Numbered from the stretch's first letter, positions 30,004 through 41,141 are shown. The stretch: 64,000 nucleotides of DNA from an uncultured bacterium (GCA_942492175.1 CALODR010000009.1:168964-232963); one strand, 5' to 3'. Translations and numbers: made by a program. Notes: a model not told the origin generated them from the letters alone.

Positions 30004-33000
30004 TTATACCTCTATGATCTTCCCGGTGCTCAGGTAGAAGACCATCCCTTTCACTTCCCTGTATCCCATATCCAGGATCAGTGATTTGTAATTGTTCATC
30101 TGTTCCCGGTCCAAATCGGACTCACGGCCTGTTTTGAAATCGATCACTCTGACCGAGTCACCTTTAAGAATTACCCTGTCGGGACGGTATGTTCCGGCCT
30201 TCGTTAAGATCGGTTGTTCCGTGAGATGTTCCCCTTCTCCATAGAACCAATCCCGGATTGTTTCGATCGTGAACATATCTTCGATCAACGCCCTGATCTC
30301 ATCGGATTCCTGCCGGTTTATCCTACCGGAATAAATCATCCTTTCCAGGATCATCTCCGGTGTCTGCTCTGTACTGATTTTGGATAATATTTCATGAACG
30401 GTTATCCCCCGGTCGATTTTTTCCAATATTTCATCCGGGTGAAGGGCCCAGAACTTCTCTGAACGTTCTCTGATCGTTACTCTGCCGCTCCAACGGGTGG
30501 ATATAAGATCTTTGTCCTTAATGATCTCCAGAGATCTTTTATCTTTTTTGATTCCCGATCTCGCGAGCGTTCCTTTCTGAAATAATGGCCCCTCTGTGGT
30601 GTCGAAAAAATCTGATCCGCTGATCTCTTTTAATAATTGCCCATTGCGGAATCCGTTTTTTTTTTCTTGTTTATCTTCAGAAAAAATGAAGAGGGCCTCT
30701 TTTGCCCTTGTGCATGCTACGTAGAACAAATTCAGATCATCCAGTTCCGACCTGTATTTTTCTTCTTCCCAGGCGTTCGAGAACAATGAATATTCAAGTG
30801 ATTTCTTCCCTTTGATAAAGTATGGGGGGGGATATTCTTCCAGCTTTAATGATTCAGTCTCAGGTTTCATCCACAGGTTCTTTTCATTTCTGTCCCGCCA
30901 GTCCGCATAAGGGATGATGACCACCGGGAATTCCAGACCTTTGGCTTTGTGGATGGTCATCAGGGTCACTCCGTTTCCATTCTCGGGAGTGGGAACACTG
31001 TATTCGGTCCCGTAATCTTCCCACCACTCGAGAAATTCAGGGATACTGCCCCCCTCTTTTTCTGAAAAATCTTTTACCATATCCAGAAAAGCAGTCAGGT
31101 ATCCGGCAGATGAAAGTTCAAGGGTGTTTCCGAGGTCAAAGATCCTGATCAGTTCTTCGGCTGCTTCATAAATTGGCACTCTGATCAGTCGGTTTCCGGA
31201 TGAGATAAAAGAGGATACCGGCTCAGGAAGTTTTATACTCTCTCGGTCCATGAAGTATTGTCCGGTTTCCTCTTCGCTCCAGATATTCCCGGCAAAATAT
31301 TTAGAGAGAAAGGAGAGGATATCAGCAAGGATATGATCCTGTGTATTATCCGCAGTGTACTTCAGGAGGCTGATCATAAAAAGGGCAACCGGATTTCTGT
31401 AAAGAAGCAGAAGTTCCGGGGAGATGATACTTTTACCGTTTGCGATCAGGTGAGCGGCAATCTCTATACCGGGTGCCTTTTTGCGGGTAAGGACAGCAAT
31501 GTCGGATAAAGAAAATCCGGAATCGAGGCACTTTTTAACGATCTTTTCCACCTGTTCGGGAACCGTTTCCTCACTGTCCTCTTTTGATATGAACCTCAGG
31601 GAGACAAACCCGCCGCCGGTTAACCTGCAGTTCTGCTCAGCCTCTTCGTAGATCTTCTGGATGAGATCATTCGGTTTCACCAACTCTTTAACCGAGCTGA
31701 ATAATTTATTATTAAAATTGACAATGTTCTCCCTGCTTCTGAAATTATCCGGCAGTTCTTTTGAATGAACTCCCCCCCAGGGGAGAAATTGCTGATGGAT
31801 CTGTTTATCCATAATATCAGTTTCTCCGCCCCGCCATCTGTAAATGGACTGTTTCGGATCGCCGACCCCGAGATTGAGTTTTTCTTCAGATACACTGTTT
31901 TCGATCAGGGGGAACAGGCTGTCCCACTGCATCATGGATGTATCCTGGAACTCATCGATCATTATATGTTCGAAGCTGTCGCCGAGGATATAATAAATGA
32001 ACGGGATATCTCCCTCCCTGATGATCCTGTGAACATTTCTGGTCAGATCGTATATCGGTACTACATTGAATTCTGATTTGTATTCGTTCAGATATTTTCT
32101 GATCCTGCTTATCAATCCGAGGAGGTAAATATTTTCAAAGATCAGAAAAGCACTGAATGCAGTTTTGAATTTTTTATTGTAGATGGAGATTATTTCCGAG
32201 TGGATCAATTGAAGTTCTTCTCCGAAGGTCCCTCCCATTTTATCAGTCAATTCATCGGAGCTGTTCTTAGCCAACCATTTTTCTTCTGTAAATCTGGAGG
32301 TTGGGATCGTTTCGCTGACTGCAAACAGGTTAATCCCTGCCAGTCTGTTCAGATATCCTGCTGCCCCTGAATATCCGAAGGCAAAATCTTTCAGGCTGAA
32401 CCCATTGTCCTCTATCAGTTTTATCCCTTTTTCTCCCAATGCTTTCATTTCCCCAGAGTATTCCATGAAGATACTTTTCAATCTGCTCGAGATCCGGAGG
32501 AAGTCTCGAAGCTCCATTCCGGCGATATTTTCCAAATCGCTCTCTTTTCGTTCACGATTGATCTCTGAGAGTATAGGGATAATGTTCGTTTCAACATTCC
32601 AGGATTTTTCTCTGTTGATCCGGTCCATAACAAATTCCAGTATGATATTTGTTGTATCGGGATCGACACCAATATCGGAAAAAATATTTTTTATGATGTA
32701 GTTGTTCAGGCGGTTTAAATTCAGTTCAACATCAAAGCCTGCGGGGATATCTGTTTCGTATGTAAAAGAGCGGACCAAGCGGCTGATGAAACTGTCGATG
32801 GTGGTGACTGCAAAATTCGAGTAGCTGTGGAGAATCTTTTTCAGAACCTGTCCAGCTCTCTTCTCAATGTCCTTTAGAAGGGGCCCCTTTTCGATAAGAT
32901 TATTTTTCAACTCTTCATTTTCACCCTTTGAAAGCTCTTTCAGAGAACGGAGGATCCGTTCTTTCATTTCGGCGGCGGCCTTATTGGTGAAAGTGATGGC

Positions 33001-33117
33001 CAGGATGTGCTTGAATTTATCCGGTTTATCATTCTGTAGTGCCAGGGCAAGGTATTCCAGCACCAGCTGGTATGTTTTCCCTGAACCGGCCGAAGCCCTG
33101 TAATTGATAAAGCCCAA
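30004..33117 (-). CDS. addA: AddA-like ATP-dependent helicase/nuclease (UvrD/PcrA-family SF1 helicase plus C-terminal RecB-type nuclease)
   Basis: Walker A ASAGSGKTY; UvrD-type motifs (TFTNKAAAEM, VDEFQDT); C-terminal PD-(D/E)xK (RPDRV...VIDFKTG...Y). 1037 aa. Confidence 0.7.
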   Translation of the reverse strand: MGFINYRASAGSGKTYQLVLEYLALALQNDKPDKFKHILAITFTNKAAAEMKERILRSLKELSKGENEELKNNLIEKGPLLKDIEKRAGQVLKKILHSYSNFAVTTIDSFISRLVRSFTYETDIPAGFDVELNLNRLNNYIIKNIFSDIGVDPDTTNIILEFVMDRINREKSWNVETNIIPILSEINRERKESDLENIAGMELRDFLRISSRLKSIFMEYSGEMKALGEKGIKLIEDNGFSLKDFAFGYSGAAGYLNRLAGINLFAVSETIPTSRFTEEKWLAKNSSDELTDKMGGTFGEELQLIHSEIISIYNKKFKTAFSAFLIFENIYLLGLISRIRKYLNEYKSEFNVVPIYDLTRNVHRIIREGDIPFIYYILGDSFEHIMIDEFQDTSMMQWDSLFPLIENSVSEEKLNLGVGDPKQSIYRWRGGETDIMDKQIHQQFLPWGGVHSKELPDNFRSRENIVNFNNKLFSSVKELVKPNDLIQKIYEEAEQNCRLTGGGFVSLRFISKEDSEETVPEQVEKIVKKCLDSGFSLSDIAVLTRKKAPGIEIAAHLIANGKSIISPELLLLYRNPVALFMISLLKYTADNTQDHILADILSFLSKYFAGNIWSEEETGQYFMDRESIKLPEPVSSFISSGNRLIRVPIYEAAEELIRIFDLGNTLELSSAGYLTAFLDMVKDFSEKEGGSIPEFLEWWEDYGTEYSVPTPENGNGVTLMTIHKAKGLEFPVVIIPYADWRDRNEKNLWMKPETESLKLEEYPPPYFIKGKKSLEYSLFSNAWEEEKYRSELDDLNLFYVACTRAKEALFIFSEDKQEKKNGFRNGQLLKEISGSDFFDTTEGPLFQKGTLARSGIKKDKRSLEIIKDKDLISTRWSGRVTIRERSEKFWALHPDEILEKIDRGITVHEILSKISTEQTPEMILERMIYSGRINRQESDEIRALIEDMFTIETIRDWFYGEGEHLTEQPILTKAGTYRPDRVILKGDSVRVIDFKTGRESDLDREQMNNYKSLILDMGYREVKGMVFYLSTGKIIEV

Positions 33118-33187
33118 ATCACTCCCTCCGGAATGATTATATCACCAAAGATTTATTTTTAAATTCTAAAGTGAGAATTTAAATATA

Positions 33188-33228
33188 AAAGGGGACAGGT
33201 AACTTTTGAAAAGTACCTGTCCCCTTTT
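33188..33228. repeat. Perfect palindromic copy of the GGGGACAGGTAcc repeat family in the addA / rsmD divergent promoter region
   Basis: AAAAGGGGACAGGTAAC-TTTTGAAAA-GTACCTGTCCCCTTTT. Its 3' end overlaps a TTGACA -35-like hexamer at 33226-33231. Confidence 0.8.
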
Positions 33229-33270
33229 GACAAGATTGACCTGAAAATGAATAAATAGTATTCTGTTATT

Positions 33271-33834
33271 ATGCTGAGGATATTTGCAGGGATCTATAAG
33301 GGGCGGAAGTTGAAGTCAGCCGAGACGCAGGATGTCCGTCCTACGACCGCGAAGGTTAAACTCTCATTTTTTGACATCATTCAGGATAAAGTCCGGGAAT
33401 CGATCTTTCTGGACGGGTTCGGCGGCAGCGGGAACATCGGGATCGAAGCCCTCTCGCGCGGAGCGGAATATGTGGTGTTTATCGACATCCTGCCCGACTC
33501 AATAAAATTGTTGAAGGAAAATATTGAACGGATCGGTATCCCATCTGATCATTACCGGATCATCAGGGGGGATTACAACCGGAGTGTAATTCAACTGGCC
33601 AATGAAGGGTTCAAATTTGATATTGTTTTTCTGGATCCACCCTATAAACTTTTGGAGGTAGCGAACCCGGTAAAAATTATCTACAAAAGGGATGTCCTTG
33701 CAGAGGATGGGATCGTCATCCTTGAACGCCCTTCGGCACTTAAATTTAATGCAAAATATTTCGACCTCTATCGTGAACATAAAATAGGTCAGAGGATACT
33801 CAATTTTTACAGACACGAAAAAAAATCAGAATAG
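33271..33834 (+). CDS. rsmD: 16S rRNA (guanine966-N2)-methyltransferase
   Basis: GSGNIGIEALSRGA (SAM-binding motif) and FLDPPY (catalytic DPPY); 187 aa. Confidence 0.8.
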   Translation: MLRIFAGIYKGRKLKSAETQDVRPTTAKVKLSFFDIIQDKVRESIFLDGFGGSGNIGIEALSRGAEYVVFIDILPDSIKLLKENIERIGIPSDHYRIIRGDYNRSVIQLANEGFKFDIVFLDPPYKLLEVANPVKIIYKRDVLAEDGIVILERPSALKFNAKYFDLYREHKIGQRILNFYRHEKKSE

Positions 33835-33913
33835 TCTTCATTCATATTTAAACATTGTTATTCTTGATAAAAAAGGATTTGGGGAGTATCTTTTTGTTAT
33901 CTGGAGGTTTGAG

Positions 33914-34519
33914 ATGAAAAGATTGGGTAATTTTATAAAGACAACTTTAATGGGGGGATTGCTTGTTGTCCTGCCTATCGTTTTAACTTTTTTTCTTCTA
34001 CGGTGGATCTTTAATTTTGTTTCAGGACAGATCTCTCCACTTACGAAATTAATTGTCGGGAATAGTGATACATTGAAGATCGTAGGAGATGCAATTTCAA
34101 TTACAATTATCATAATCGCATTTTTCCTGATAGGTTTGACCGTGAAAACCAGGCTGGGGAAGTTCCTTTATTCAAGATTTGAAAAGTATATTCTTAAGAT
34201 CGCTCCAGGTTATTCACTCTTTAAGGAGACCCTCAAACAATTGGTTGGCCAGCATAATCGTCCATTCTCTTCTGTGGTCCTCGGACGCGTTTTTGGTAAT
34301 GAGACCTTAATGACCGGCTTTGTAACCGATGAACATCCGGATGGCAGACTGACGGTGTTTTTCCCTTCTGCCCTTAATCCGACCACCGGGCTACTATGCC
34401 ACATGCGGAGAGAAGATGTAACACGGGTGGATGTATCTGTAGAGACGGCAATGAGAACAATCATCGGCTGTGGAACCGGCGCGTCGGTTTTATTTGATAA
34501 AACCAAAAAAATGGATTGA
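33914..34519 (+). CDS. DUF502-family membrane protein
   Basis: N-terminal GGLLVVLPIVLTFFLLRWIF and a second transmembrane segment, then a soluble domain. Typical DUF502 architecture. Confidence 0.55.
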   Translation: MKRLGNFIKTTLMGGLLVVLPIVLTFFLLRWIFNFVSGQISPLTKLIVGNSDTLKIVGDAISITIIIIAFFLIGLTVKTRLGKFLYSRFEKYILKIAPGYSLFKETLKQLVGQHNRPFSSVVLGRVFGNETLMTGFVTDEHPDGRLTVFFPSALNPTTGLLCHMRREDVTRVDVSVETAMRTIIGCGTGASVLFDKTKKMD

Positions 34520-34653
34520 AAAAATTAATGTTTTCTGTATTATAAAATATTGACCTGTAAAAGGGTTGCCGGGCTTAATGCGGTTTCATATTGAATAAAG
34601 AATGGTGATAAATATTTCTCAAAATATATGTTCCAATATAAAAAGGAGGAAGT

Positions 34654-37320
34654 ATGAGTATTAAATTTAGACTGATGATTATTTTTATTGTTCTATTATC
34701 TTTTACATTTGTATTTTCAGCAGATTCAAAAGTGAAGGAGCCGGTACTTAGCGGTAAAGCAAAGGTGGAAATGTTCAAAAAACATACGGCTATGAAGGCT
34801 GCCTCACAATATAAAAGGATCAAATGGCAGTATGTTGGTCCAACCAATATAAGCGGCAGGTGCACCGATGTAGAAGCAGTTTCACCAAGAGGAAAACAAT
34901 ACACGATATGGATAGGCGCTGCAACGGGAGGGGTATGGAAATCAACAAATGAGGGAACTACATTCGAACCGGTGTTTGATGATATGCCCACTGCATCGAT
35001 CGGTGATATTGCCATAGATCCGAAGAACCCCGATGTTGTCTGGGTTGGGACTGGTGAAGCTAATATTTTCAGAAGTTCAAATGCAGGCTGTGGCGTTTTT
35101 AAAACAACAGACGGCGGAAAGACCTGGAAAAACATGGGACTGGAGAATACTCATACCATTCCCAGGATCCGGGTTCACCCTCAGAACAGTGATATTGTGT
35201 ATGTAGCAGCGACTGGACATGAATGGACCTCAAACTCAGAGAGGGGCCTTTATAAGACTATTGATGGTGGAAAGACCTGGGAAAAAGTACTTTTCATTAA
35301 TAATGATACAGGAGTTAACGATCTGGTCCTCGATCCGAAAGATCCTGACACTGTTTACTGCACCACCTGGGAAAGGAAAAGACTGAAATGGAACGACCCG
35401 AGAACATATAAACATCACCAGAACAATGGTGTGTGGAAATCAACAGACGGAGGGAAGACCTGGGCCAAAAAAAACAACGGACTTCCTGTTGTGAATGAAA
35501 TAGGAAGAACAGGGATAGATATTGCCGCTTCCAATCCGAATGTGCTCTATGCCTATGTTGATAATTACGGAATAGCAAAAAAAGCAGCACCCGGAGAGAC
35601 CGATTCTTACGGGCGTCAAAAACAGGATGTCATAAAAGGGGCGACAGTTTTCAGGACCAATGATGGTGGTGAGAACTGGGAACAGGTCAGCGGCCTGACA
35701 GAAAAGACTAAGGTGTTTATGGAGAGACATTCTGCAACTTACGGATGGGTCTTTGCCCAGATCAGAGTTGATCCCAACAATGAGAACAGAATATATACAA
35801 TGGGACTTTTCCTAAATGTTTCTGAAGACGGAGGAAAGACTTTTAATGTGGTAAGAGGAATGCATCTTGATCAGCACGGCCTGTGGATAGATCCTAATAA
35901 CTCTGATTACCTTCTAGACGTTCAGGATGGTGGACTTGCGATATCTTATGACAGGGGGAAGAACTGGAAAATACCTTTAAAAGAACTTCCGTTAGCCCAA
36001 TTCTATAATGTTGCCTATGATATGGAGAAACCGTTCAATATTTACGGATCGATCCAGGACCACCACAGCTTTTACGGCCCGGTCGATATTTCAGCAAGCA
36101 GAAAATATATCCAGCCGGTTGACTTTAAACACACTGTCGGGGCTGAAGGTAGTTCCCATGCTGTAGATACAAGGGATACTACTGTTTATGCCAGTGTTTT
36201 TTACGGGGCCCTTGCAAGGCTCAGAAAGGGTGAGGTTGATGAAACCATGCTCCTGCCTGAAAAGCTGCCGGGTGAAACGATGTTGAGAGGGCAGTGGGTT
36301 GCCCCGACAATTCTTTCTCCTCATAATCCTGATATTGTTTATCACGGGATGCAGTATGTCATGATATCGCGTGATCAGGGTAATACCTGGGAGAAGATCA
36401 GCCCAGATCTTTCCTACAATAATCCAAAAAAGATGGGAGATATAAATTACCAGACTATCACCGCTCTTGATGAATCACCAAGACGTTTTGGACTTATCTA
36501 TGCCGGGACTGATGACGGAAGATTGTGGAGGACGATGAACGGAGGTAAGAACTGGTCAATGATACGGAGCGGAATGGTCCCCGGCAGGTGGGTATCAAGG
36601 ATTGTTGCCTCAAAATTTGATCTGGGGACTGTTTATATGACCCAGACCGGTCGAAGAGATGATGACTTCCAGGTTTATGTGTGGAAATCTGAAAACTTCG
36701 GAAGGACATGGAAAGATATCTCTGGAAATATCCCGGTCGGACCGGTTAACGTGATAAGAGAAGATCCGAAGAACAAGAAAAGACTTTATCTGGGAACAGA
36801 TGCCGGTGTTTATATAAGTAATGACGGTGGTAAAAAATGGGAAGTTCTGGGTGCATTACCTTTCGCTTATGTGCACGACCTTGTGTATCATCCAAGGGAT
36901 AATATGATCATTATTGCTACTCATGGAAGAGGCATGTGGGTTCTTGATGCAGAAGAAATTGATAAGAAAGAAGAAACGGACGGCAAGGCGGGTATCACTG
37001 CTACTCCGGAACAGATCAAAAATCTTCTTGGAAGCTGGCTGGTCGATTCAGACAGAGGCTTTTCCCTGAATCTGATATTTAATCAAATTGGAGGAAAAGT
37101 TGACGGAAAGATGAAAATGCAGTTCGGAAATGCAGATCTGACCGATATCTTTTATGATGGGAAAAAACTGATGTTCAAAGCGGTCCTTGATATGACAAAG
37201 ATGGGCGGACAGGTTATGGAAATGAAGGGTGACATAGACATGAAAGTTGACACCTTCACCGGTGTGGTAAAAACCAAGATGGGCGAATTGAAGGTCACCG
37301 GAAAGAAAGAAAAGAAATAG
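34654..37320 (+). CDS. Secreted BNR/Asp-box repeat protein (two beta-propellers; sortilin/Ycf48/GH74-like)
   Basis: Signal peptide and more than ten S/TxDGGKTW Asp-box motifs (TDGGKTW, IDGGKTW, NDGGENW, EDGGKTF, ...). 888 aa. Confidence 0.6.
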   Translation: MSIKFRLMIIFIVLLSFTFVFSADSKVKEPVLSGKAKVEMFKKHTAMKAASQYKRIKWQYVGPTNISGRCTDVEAVSPRGKQYTIWIGAATGGVWKSTNEGTTFEPVFDDMPTASIGDIAIDPKNPDVVWVGTGEANIFRSSNAGCGVFKTTDGGKTWKNMGLENTHTIPRIRVHPQNSDIVYVAATGHEWTSNSERGLYKTIDGGKTWEKVLFINNDTGVNDLVLDPKDPDTVYCTTWERKRLKWNDPRTYKHHQNNGVWKSTDGGKTWAKKNNGLPVVNEIGRTGIDIAASNPNVLYAYVDNYGIAKKAAPGETDSYGRQKQDVIKGATVFRTNDGGENWEQVSGLTEKTKVFMERHSATYGWVFAQIRVDPNNENRIYTMGLFLNVSEDGGKTFNVVRGMHLDQHGLWIDPNNSDYLLDVQDGGLAISYDRGKNWKIPLKELPLAQFYNVAYDMEKPFNIYGSIQDHHSFYGPVDISASRKYIQPVDFKHTVGAEGSSHAVDTRDTTVYASVFYGALARLRKGEVDETMLLPEKLPGETMLRGQWVAPTILSPHNPDIVYHGMQYVMISRDQGNTWEKISPDLSYNNPKKMGDINYQTITALDESPRRFGLIYAGTDDGRLWRTMNGGKNWSMIRSGMVPGRWVSRIVASKFDLGTVYMTQTGRRDDDFQVYVWKSENFGRTWKDISGNIPVGPVNVIREDPKNKKRLYLGTDAGVYISNDGGKKWEVLGALPFAYVHDLVYHPRDNMIIIATHGRGMWVLDAEEIDKKEETDGKAGITATPEQIKNLLGSWLVDSDRGFSLNLIFNQIGGKVDGKMKMQFGNADLTDIFYDGKKLMFKAVLDMTKMGGQVMEMKGDIDMKVDTFTGVVKTKMGELKVTGKKEKK

Positions 37321-37342
37321 CATTTTAATTTAACTAAAATAG

Positions 37343-37366
37343 AAGGGCCCCTTTCCGGGGCCCTTT
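37343..37366. terminator. Bidirectional intrinsic terminator between convergent genes
   Basis: AAGGGCCCC-TTTCC-GGGGCCCTT, a 9-bp perfect stem, flanked by A/T runs. Confidence 0.75.
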
Positions 37367-37379
37367 AAATTTATGGTTT

Positions 37380-38510
37380 TTACATGTTTTCGATCTCAAA
37401 CTTCACTGCATAAGGGACATCATCCTCATCTGTGCCGGTTGTCCACAAGTATCCGTGGTGAAATAAAACGGGTTTTCGTATCAGGTCATCCGGCCGTTTA
37501 ACCCCGGGGATCTTAACAAAAAAATTATCTATATATTTCCCCTCGCTGTTGAACACATCAATGAGAATTTCACCTTTTTTATTCATTGTTGATGTGAATA
37601 TAATAAGATTATTTTTATATACGGCAAGTTTGTAAATGTCATTATAATATTTCCGGTCATAAAGTTTATAAAGTTCGATATCTTCTTTTTTTGTATACTT
37701 GATCTTCTCAAAAGTGACGGGTTTATAATTCCTGATGATTTCCCGGACGATCTTTCCGGACTCCAGGTCTATCTGGGAAATATGATATCTTTCTTTATAA
37801 GAGAGGTATAAGTATCTTTTTTTATCAAATGCTCTAAGGAAACGGGTTAGTTCATCAATGTTTACCATAACTCCGTTCTTTGACGACTTTTTTATCATAA
37901 GATCTTTTGTATCAAATGAGAGGTTCATTTTTATTACTTTCCCTGACTGATCAATGTAGCTGAGTTCATTTGCTCTGCTAATAACACCACTCTTCTGCTT
38001 ATTTAGCTCCAGATCCGAAGAAACAAAATATGATCTTTCCATGAAATGTTCAAACAGTGATGCAAATGTACTGAGCCCTTGAATGGTCAATTCACTCTTT
38101 AAGGTACCGCTCTGTGAAAAATTTATCAGTTTTACAGGCATAATGGATCCAACCAGAACATTATCCTTTGAAAGGATAAAGTCGGATAAGTATTTTACTT
38201 CTCCCGGGCCTTCACCTTTTTTTATAAAGTTTTTTACATATTTCCCTTCAGGAGTGAATTTAAGGACCTGAATTGTACCCCGTATAAATATTGAACCGTC
38301 CTCAGCAATTTTAATACCCCTTATCCTTTTAAAAACAAAGTCCTCTTCATAGTCTGTAATCCTCTGAACTTCGGTCAGGTGTAATGATCTTCCCGGGTTT
38401 TTTCCGGAAATGCCTGCAGGTATATTTAAATTGCCTGTTACTTCTGCACTGATTGAAAATTGACAAAGCATAATTGCTGACAAAAAGAATATAAAAAAAT
38501 TTTTTTCCAT
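37380..38510 (-). CDS. Six-bladed beta-propeller-like lipoprotein (NHL/TolB-like), paralog of 46049..47197
   Basis: Signal peptide; KKGEGPGEVK motif shared with the paralog; repeated propeller strands. Confidence 0.45.
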   Translation of the reverse strand: MEKNFFIFFLSAIMLCQFSISAEVTGNLNIPAGISGKNPGRSLHLTEVQRITDYEEDFVFKRIRGIKIAEDGSIFIRGTIQVLKFTPEGKYVKNFIKKGEGPGEVKYLSDFILSKDNVLVGSIMPVKLINFSQSGTLKSELTIQGLSTFASLFEHFMERSYFVSSDLELNKQKSGVISRANELSYIDQSGKVIKMNLSFDTKDLMIKKSSKNGVMVNIDELTRFLRAFDKKRYLYLSYKERYHISQIDLESGKIVREIIRNYKPVTFEKIKYTKKEDIELYKLYDRKYYNDIYKLAVYKNNLIIFTSTMNKKGEILIDVFNSEGKYIDNFFVKIPGVKRPDDLIRKPVLFHHGYLWTTGTDEDDVPYAVKFEIENM

Positions 38511-38609
38511 AACCTTCTCCTATTATAATAATACTCTTTAGATAGTATTAAGGTAAATAAAGTTTCAATAATTCTTGAATTTTGTCGGGAGCTTTTCTAA
38601 AATTGTTCC

Positions 38610-39050
38610 ATGTTCATTACAAAATTTGCAATTATGACTATTTTGATTTTTTCAATTGTACTGCCTGGGGGGATGAGTATGTTTGCAGACAAAAATGTGA
38701 ATGGGATAATTTTCTTTAAAACTCAGATGATGGTTGATCTCAAGGATTTTTACACTAAAGATGTAGGCTGTGAGATCTGGCTTGAGCAGGGGGGATGTGT
38801 GATCCTGAAGGCAGGGAATATGTTGTTCGGGTTCTGTCAGAGAGATAAGTCTGATATGGATGCGCTGATCACATTTTTCTATGATACTAAAGAGGAGGTC
38901 GATCAAAAATATAAGAGGTTTGAAAAATCTGCGCTAGACAAACCGGTTGAGAATTTAAAATATAAAATCTATCACTTCTTTGCAAAGGACCCTGAAGGGA
39001 GAATGATCGAATTCCAGCATTTCCTACACCCGGTAAACAAAATACAATAG
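38610..39050 (+). CDS. VOC (glyoxalase/bleomycin-resistance) superfamily-like protein
   Basis: Weak pattern match (GNMLFGFCQRD..., PEGRMIEFQ). An N-terminal hydrophobic segment; the start may be the Met at 38673. Confidence 0.3.
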   Translation: MFITKFAIMTILIFSIVLPGGMSMFADKNVNGIIFFKTQMMVDLKDFYTKDVGCEIWLEQGGCVILKAGNMLFGFCQRDKSDMDALITFFYDTKEEVDQKYKRFEKSALDKPVENLKYKIYHFFAKDPEGRMIEFQHFLHPVNKIQ

Positions 39051-39056
39051 CTTAGA

Positions 39057-40169
39057 TTAAATTAGTTCTTTCAGGAATTCATCAATTCTATTAAGACCAG
39101 CCAGGAGATAACTTTTTTCTGCGCCAAATCCGAGACGGAAATAGTGATCCATTCCAAAGCAGTCTCCATCCATTATGAATACGCTTTTTTCTGTCCTTAA
39201 CCTGTCGGCAAGCTTCCTTGAGTTTATATCCATATTGTACTTGATAAAAGCCATTCCCCCAGCTTTAGGCGGAACCATGTTGAACAGGTTGCTGTGTGAT
39301 CCGATCCACTCCTCCACTGCTCTGATATTTTCTCTTAGCATCTCTCTGTTCCTTTTTAATACTATTTTTCTCATTTCAGGCTGAAGTATTTTTGTTGTTA
39401 TCTCCTGGCTTAAGATACCGGTACTTATAGTCAGGTAATCATTATATGACCAAGCTTTTTCGATAATATCTGCCGGGCCTGTCAGCCATCCCATTCTAAG
39501 TCCCGGGAGGCCGTAAGCTTTTGAAAGCCCGCCGTCAACAATGACTTTTTCATACATTCCGTAAAAACTGGGAGTCTCATCCCCTTCTAATTCTGCCCCC
39601 CTGTAGATCTCATCACAATATATCCATGCGTCCGCTTCTTTTGCCATGTAAACGATCTCTTCCATATTTTCAATGCTTAAAGTTGCACCGGTTGGATTGT
39701 TCGGGTTGCACAGGGCGATCATTTTTGTGTCGGTAGTGATAAGAGCCTTCAGCTCATTCATATCTGGAGCCCATTTCAATTCTTCTTTCAGATGAAATGG
39801 TTTTATATTAACATTCATCGATCTGGCGAGTCCCCATAACTGCATATAGTTGGGCAGCATTAAAACCAGTTCATCTCCGGAATCGAGGTTACTCCAAATA
39901 TTAATAAAGTTTGCTTCAGCTGACCCATTCGTCACAAGGATATTGTTCCTGTCGGCCCCTTCATACAGTTTACTAATGGTATCCCTCAATTCCGGTGAAC
40001 CATTTGTCTGACCGTATCCGAGCCTTATATCAAGAAGTGATTTAATTTCTTCTCCACTTAATAACTCTTTTAGGGTAAAGGGGTGCAACCCGCTTTCTGT
40101 CAGGTTGTAGTCAACAACATTCTCATATAAGGATTGGATCCTTTCCAGTTCAAATATTTCTATTTTCAT
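39057..40169 (-). CDS. PLP-dependent aminotransferase (class I/II fold)
   Basis: NPNNPTG substrate loop; SKAYGLPGLRMGW (Lys-PLP region). 370 aa. Last gene of a three-gene operon. Confidence 0.7.
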   Translation of the reverse strand: MKIEIFELERIQSLYENVVDYNLTESGLHPFTLKELLSGEEIKSLLDIRLGYGQTNGSPELRDTISKLYEGADRNNILVTNGSAEANFINIWSNLDSGDELVLMLPNYMQLWGLARSMNVNIKPFHLKEELKWAPDMNELKALITTDTKMIALCNPNNPTGATLSIENMEEIVYMAKEADAWIYCDEIYRGAELEGDETPSFYGMYEKVIVDGGLSKAYGLPGLRMGWLTGPADIIEKAWSYNDYLTISTGILSQEITTKILQPEMRKIVLKRNREMLRENIRAVEEWIGSHSNLFNMVPPKAGGMAFIKYNMDINSRKLADRLRTEKSVFIMDGDCFGMDHYFRLGFGAEKSYLLAGLNRIDEFLKELI

Positions 40170-40171
40170 AT

Positions 40172-41140
40172 TTACTCTCCTTTATTTGTTGAAATTAATT
40201 TTTTTAAAACCGCAACGGATATCTGGATATCCTGAACCGCCACACCAGTCAGGTCGGCAATGGTGATCTGGTCTTTGTGGGTCCGTCCATTGATTTCTCC
40301 TGAAATGATATTACCCAGTTCAACCGGTTTTTCTATTGTTATTACCCCTGTAGAGACAGCCTTGAATATTTCGCCTCTGGTCCTGCATTGGTTAATACTG
40401 TCTGCAGCTACAATATCAGCTTTTTGGAGGATAACAGGATCCAATTCGTTTTTTCCCGGTGTGTCTGATCCTATTGCTGTAATGTGAGTGCCGGGCTTAA
40501 TTTGCTCACTCTTTAATAATGGATCAGGAGACGGAGTTGCAGTAATTATAAAATTGCAGTTTTCCGCGATCTTACCCGGTTCAAGAGTGGCAGTGACCGA
40601 ATAACCAAGTTTCTCCATTTCTTCTTTGTATTGGCTGCATTCATCCATTTCCAAACCCCAAACCATTATATTCTTGCAGTCCAAAATCTTATCCAGATAC
40701 CGGATCTGCATTTTCCCCTGTACACCTGTCCCGAACACACCGATACAATCGACCTGTTTAGGTGCCAGGTATTTTGCCGCAACTGCACCTGCAGCAGCAG
40801 TTCTGACATTGGTTAAATGTCCTTCGTCCAGAAGTATGCCTGCCAATAGACCGGTTCTCTGATTAAACAGCAGCATAAGTCCATCACCGGACGGAAGACC
40901 TTTTTTTACATTCTTATAAAACCCGGAAGCAATCTTTATCACATAATGCTCTTCATTTTTTATATATCCGTATTTAATATGGGCTTCGCCCGGCGGGTCA
41001 CTGAACAACAATTCACCCACTGGTGGAATGATAGTTCTTCCCCGGGAATATGCAACAAATCCATCCTCAATCACTCTGATCGTATCCAGATCTTTTAGGG
41101 CACTTTTTATTTGGGGGAGTTTAAATATATATGGTTCCAT
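40172..41140 (-). CDS. Ornithine cyclodeaminase / mu-crystallin family protein (NAD-dependent)
   Basis: TAAAGAVAAKYLAP, GVFGTGVQG Rossmann motif. 322 aa. 2-nt gaps to both neighbours. Confidence 0.7.
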   Translation of the reverse strand: MEPYIFKLPQIKSALKDLDTIRVIEDGFVAYSRGRTIIPPVGELLFSDPPGEAHIKYGYIKNEEHYVIKIASGFYKNVKKGLPSGDGLMLLFNQRTGLLAGILLDEGHLTNVRTAAAGAVAAKYLAPKQVDCIGVFGTGVQGKMQIRYLDKILDCKNIMVWGLEMDECSQYKEEMEKLGYSVTATLEPGKIAENCNFIITATPSPDPLLKSEQIKPGTHITAIGSDTPGKNELDPVILQKADIVAADSINQCRTRGEIFKAVSTGVITIEKPVELGNIISGEINGRTHKDQITIADLTGVAVQDIQISVAVLKKLISTNKGE

Positions 41141-41141
41141 T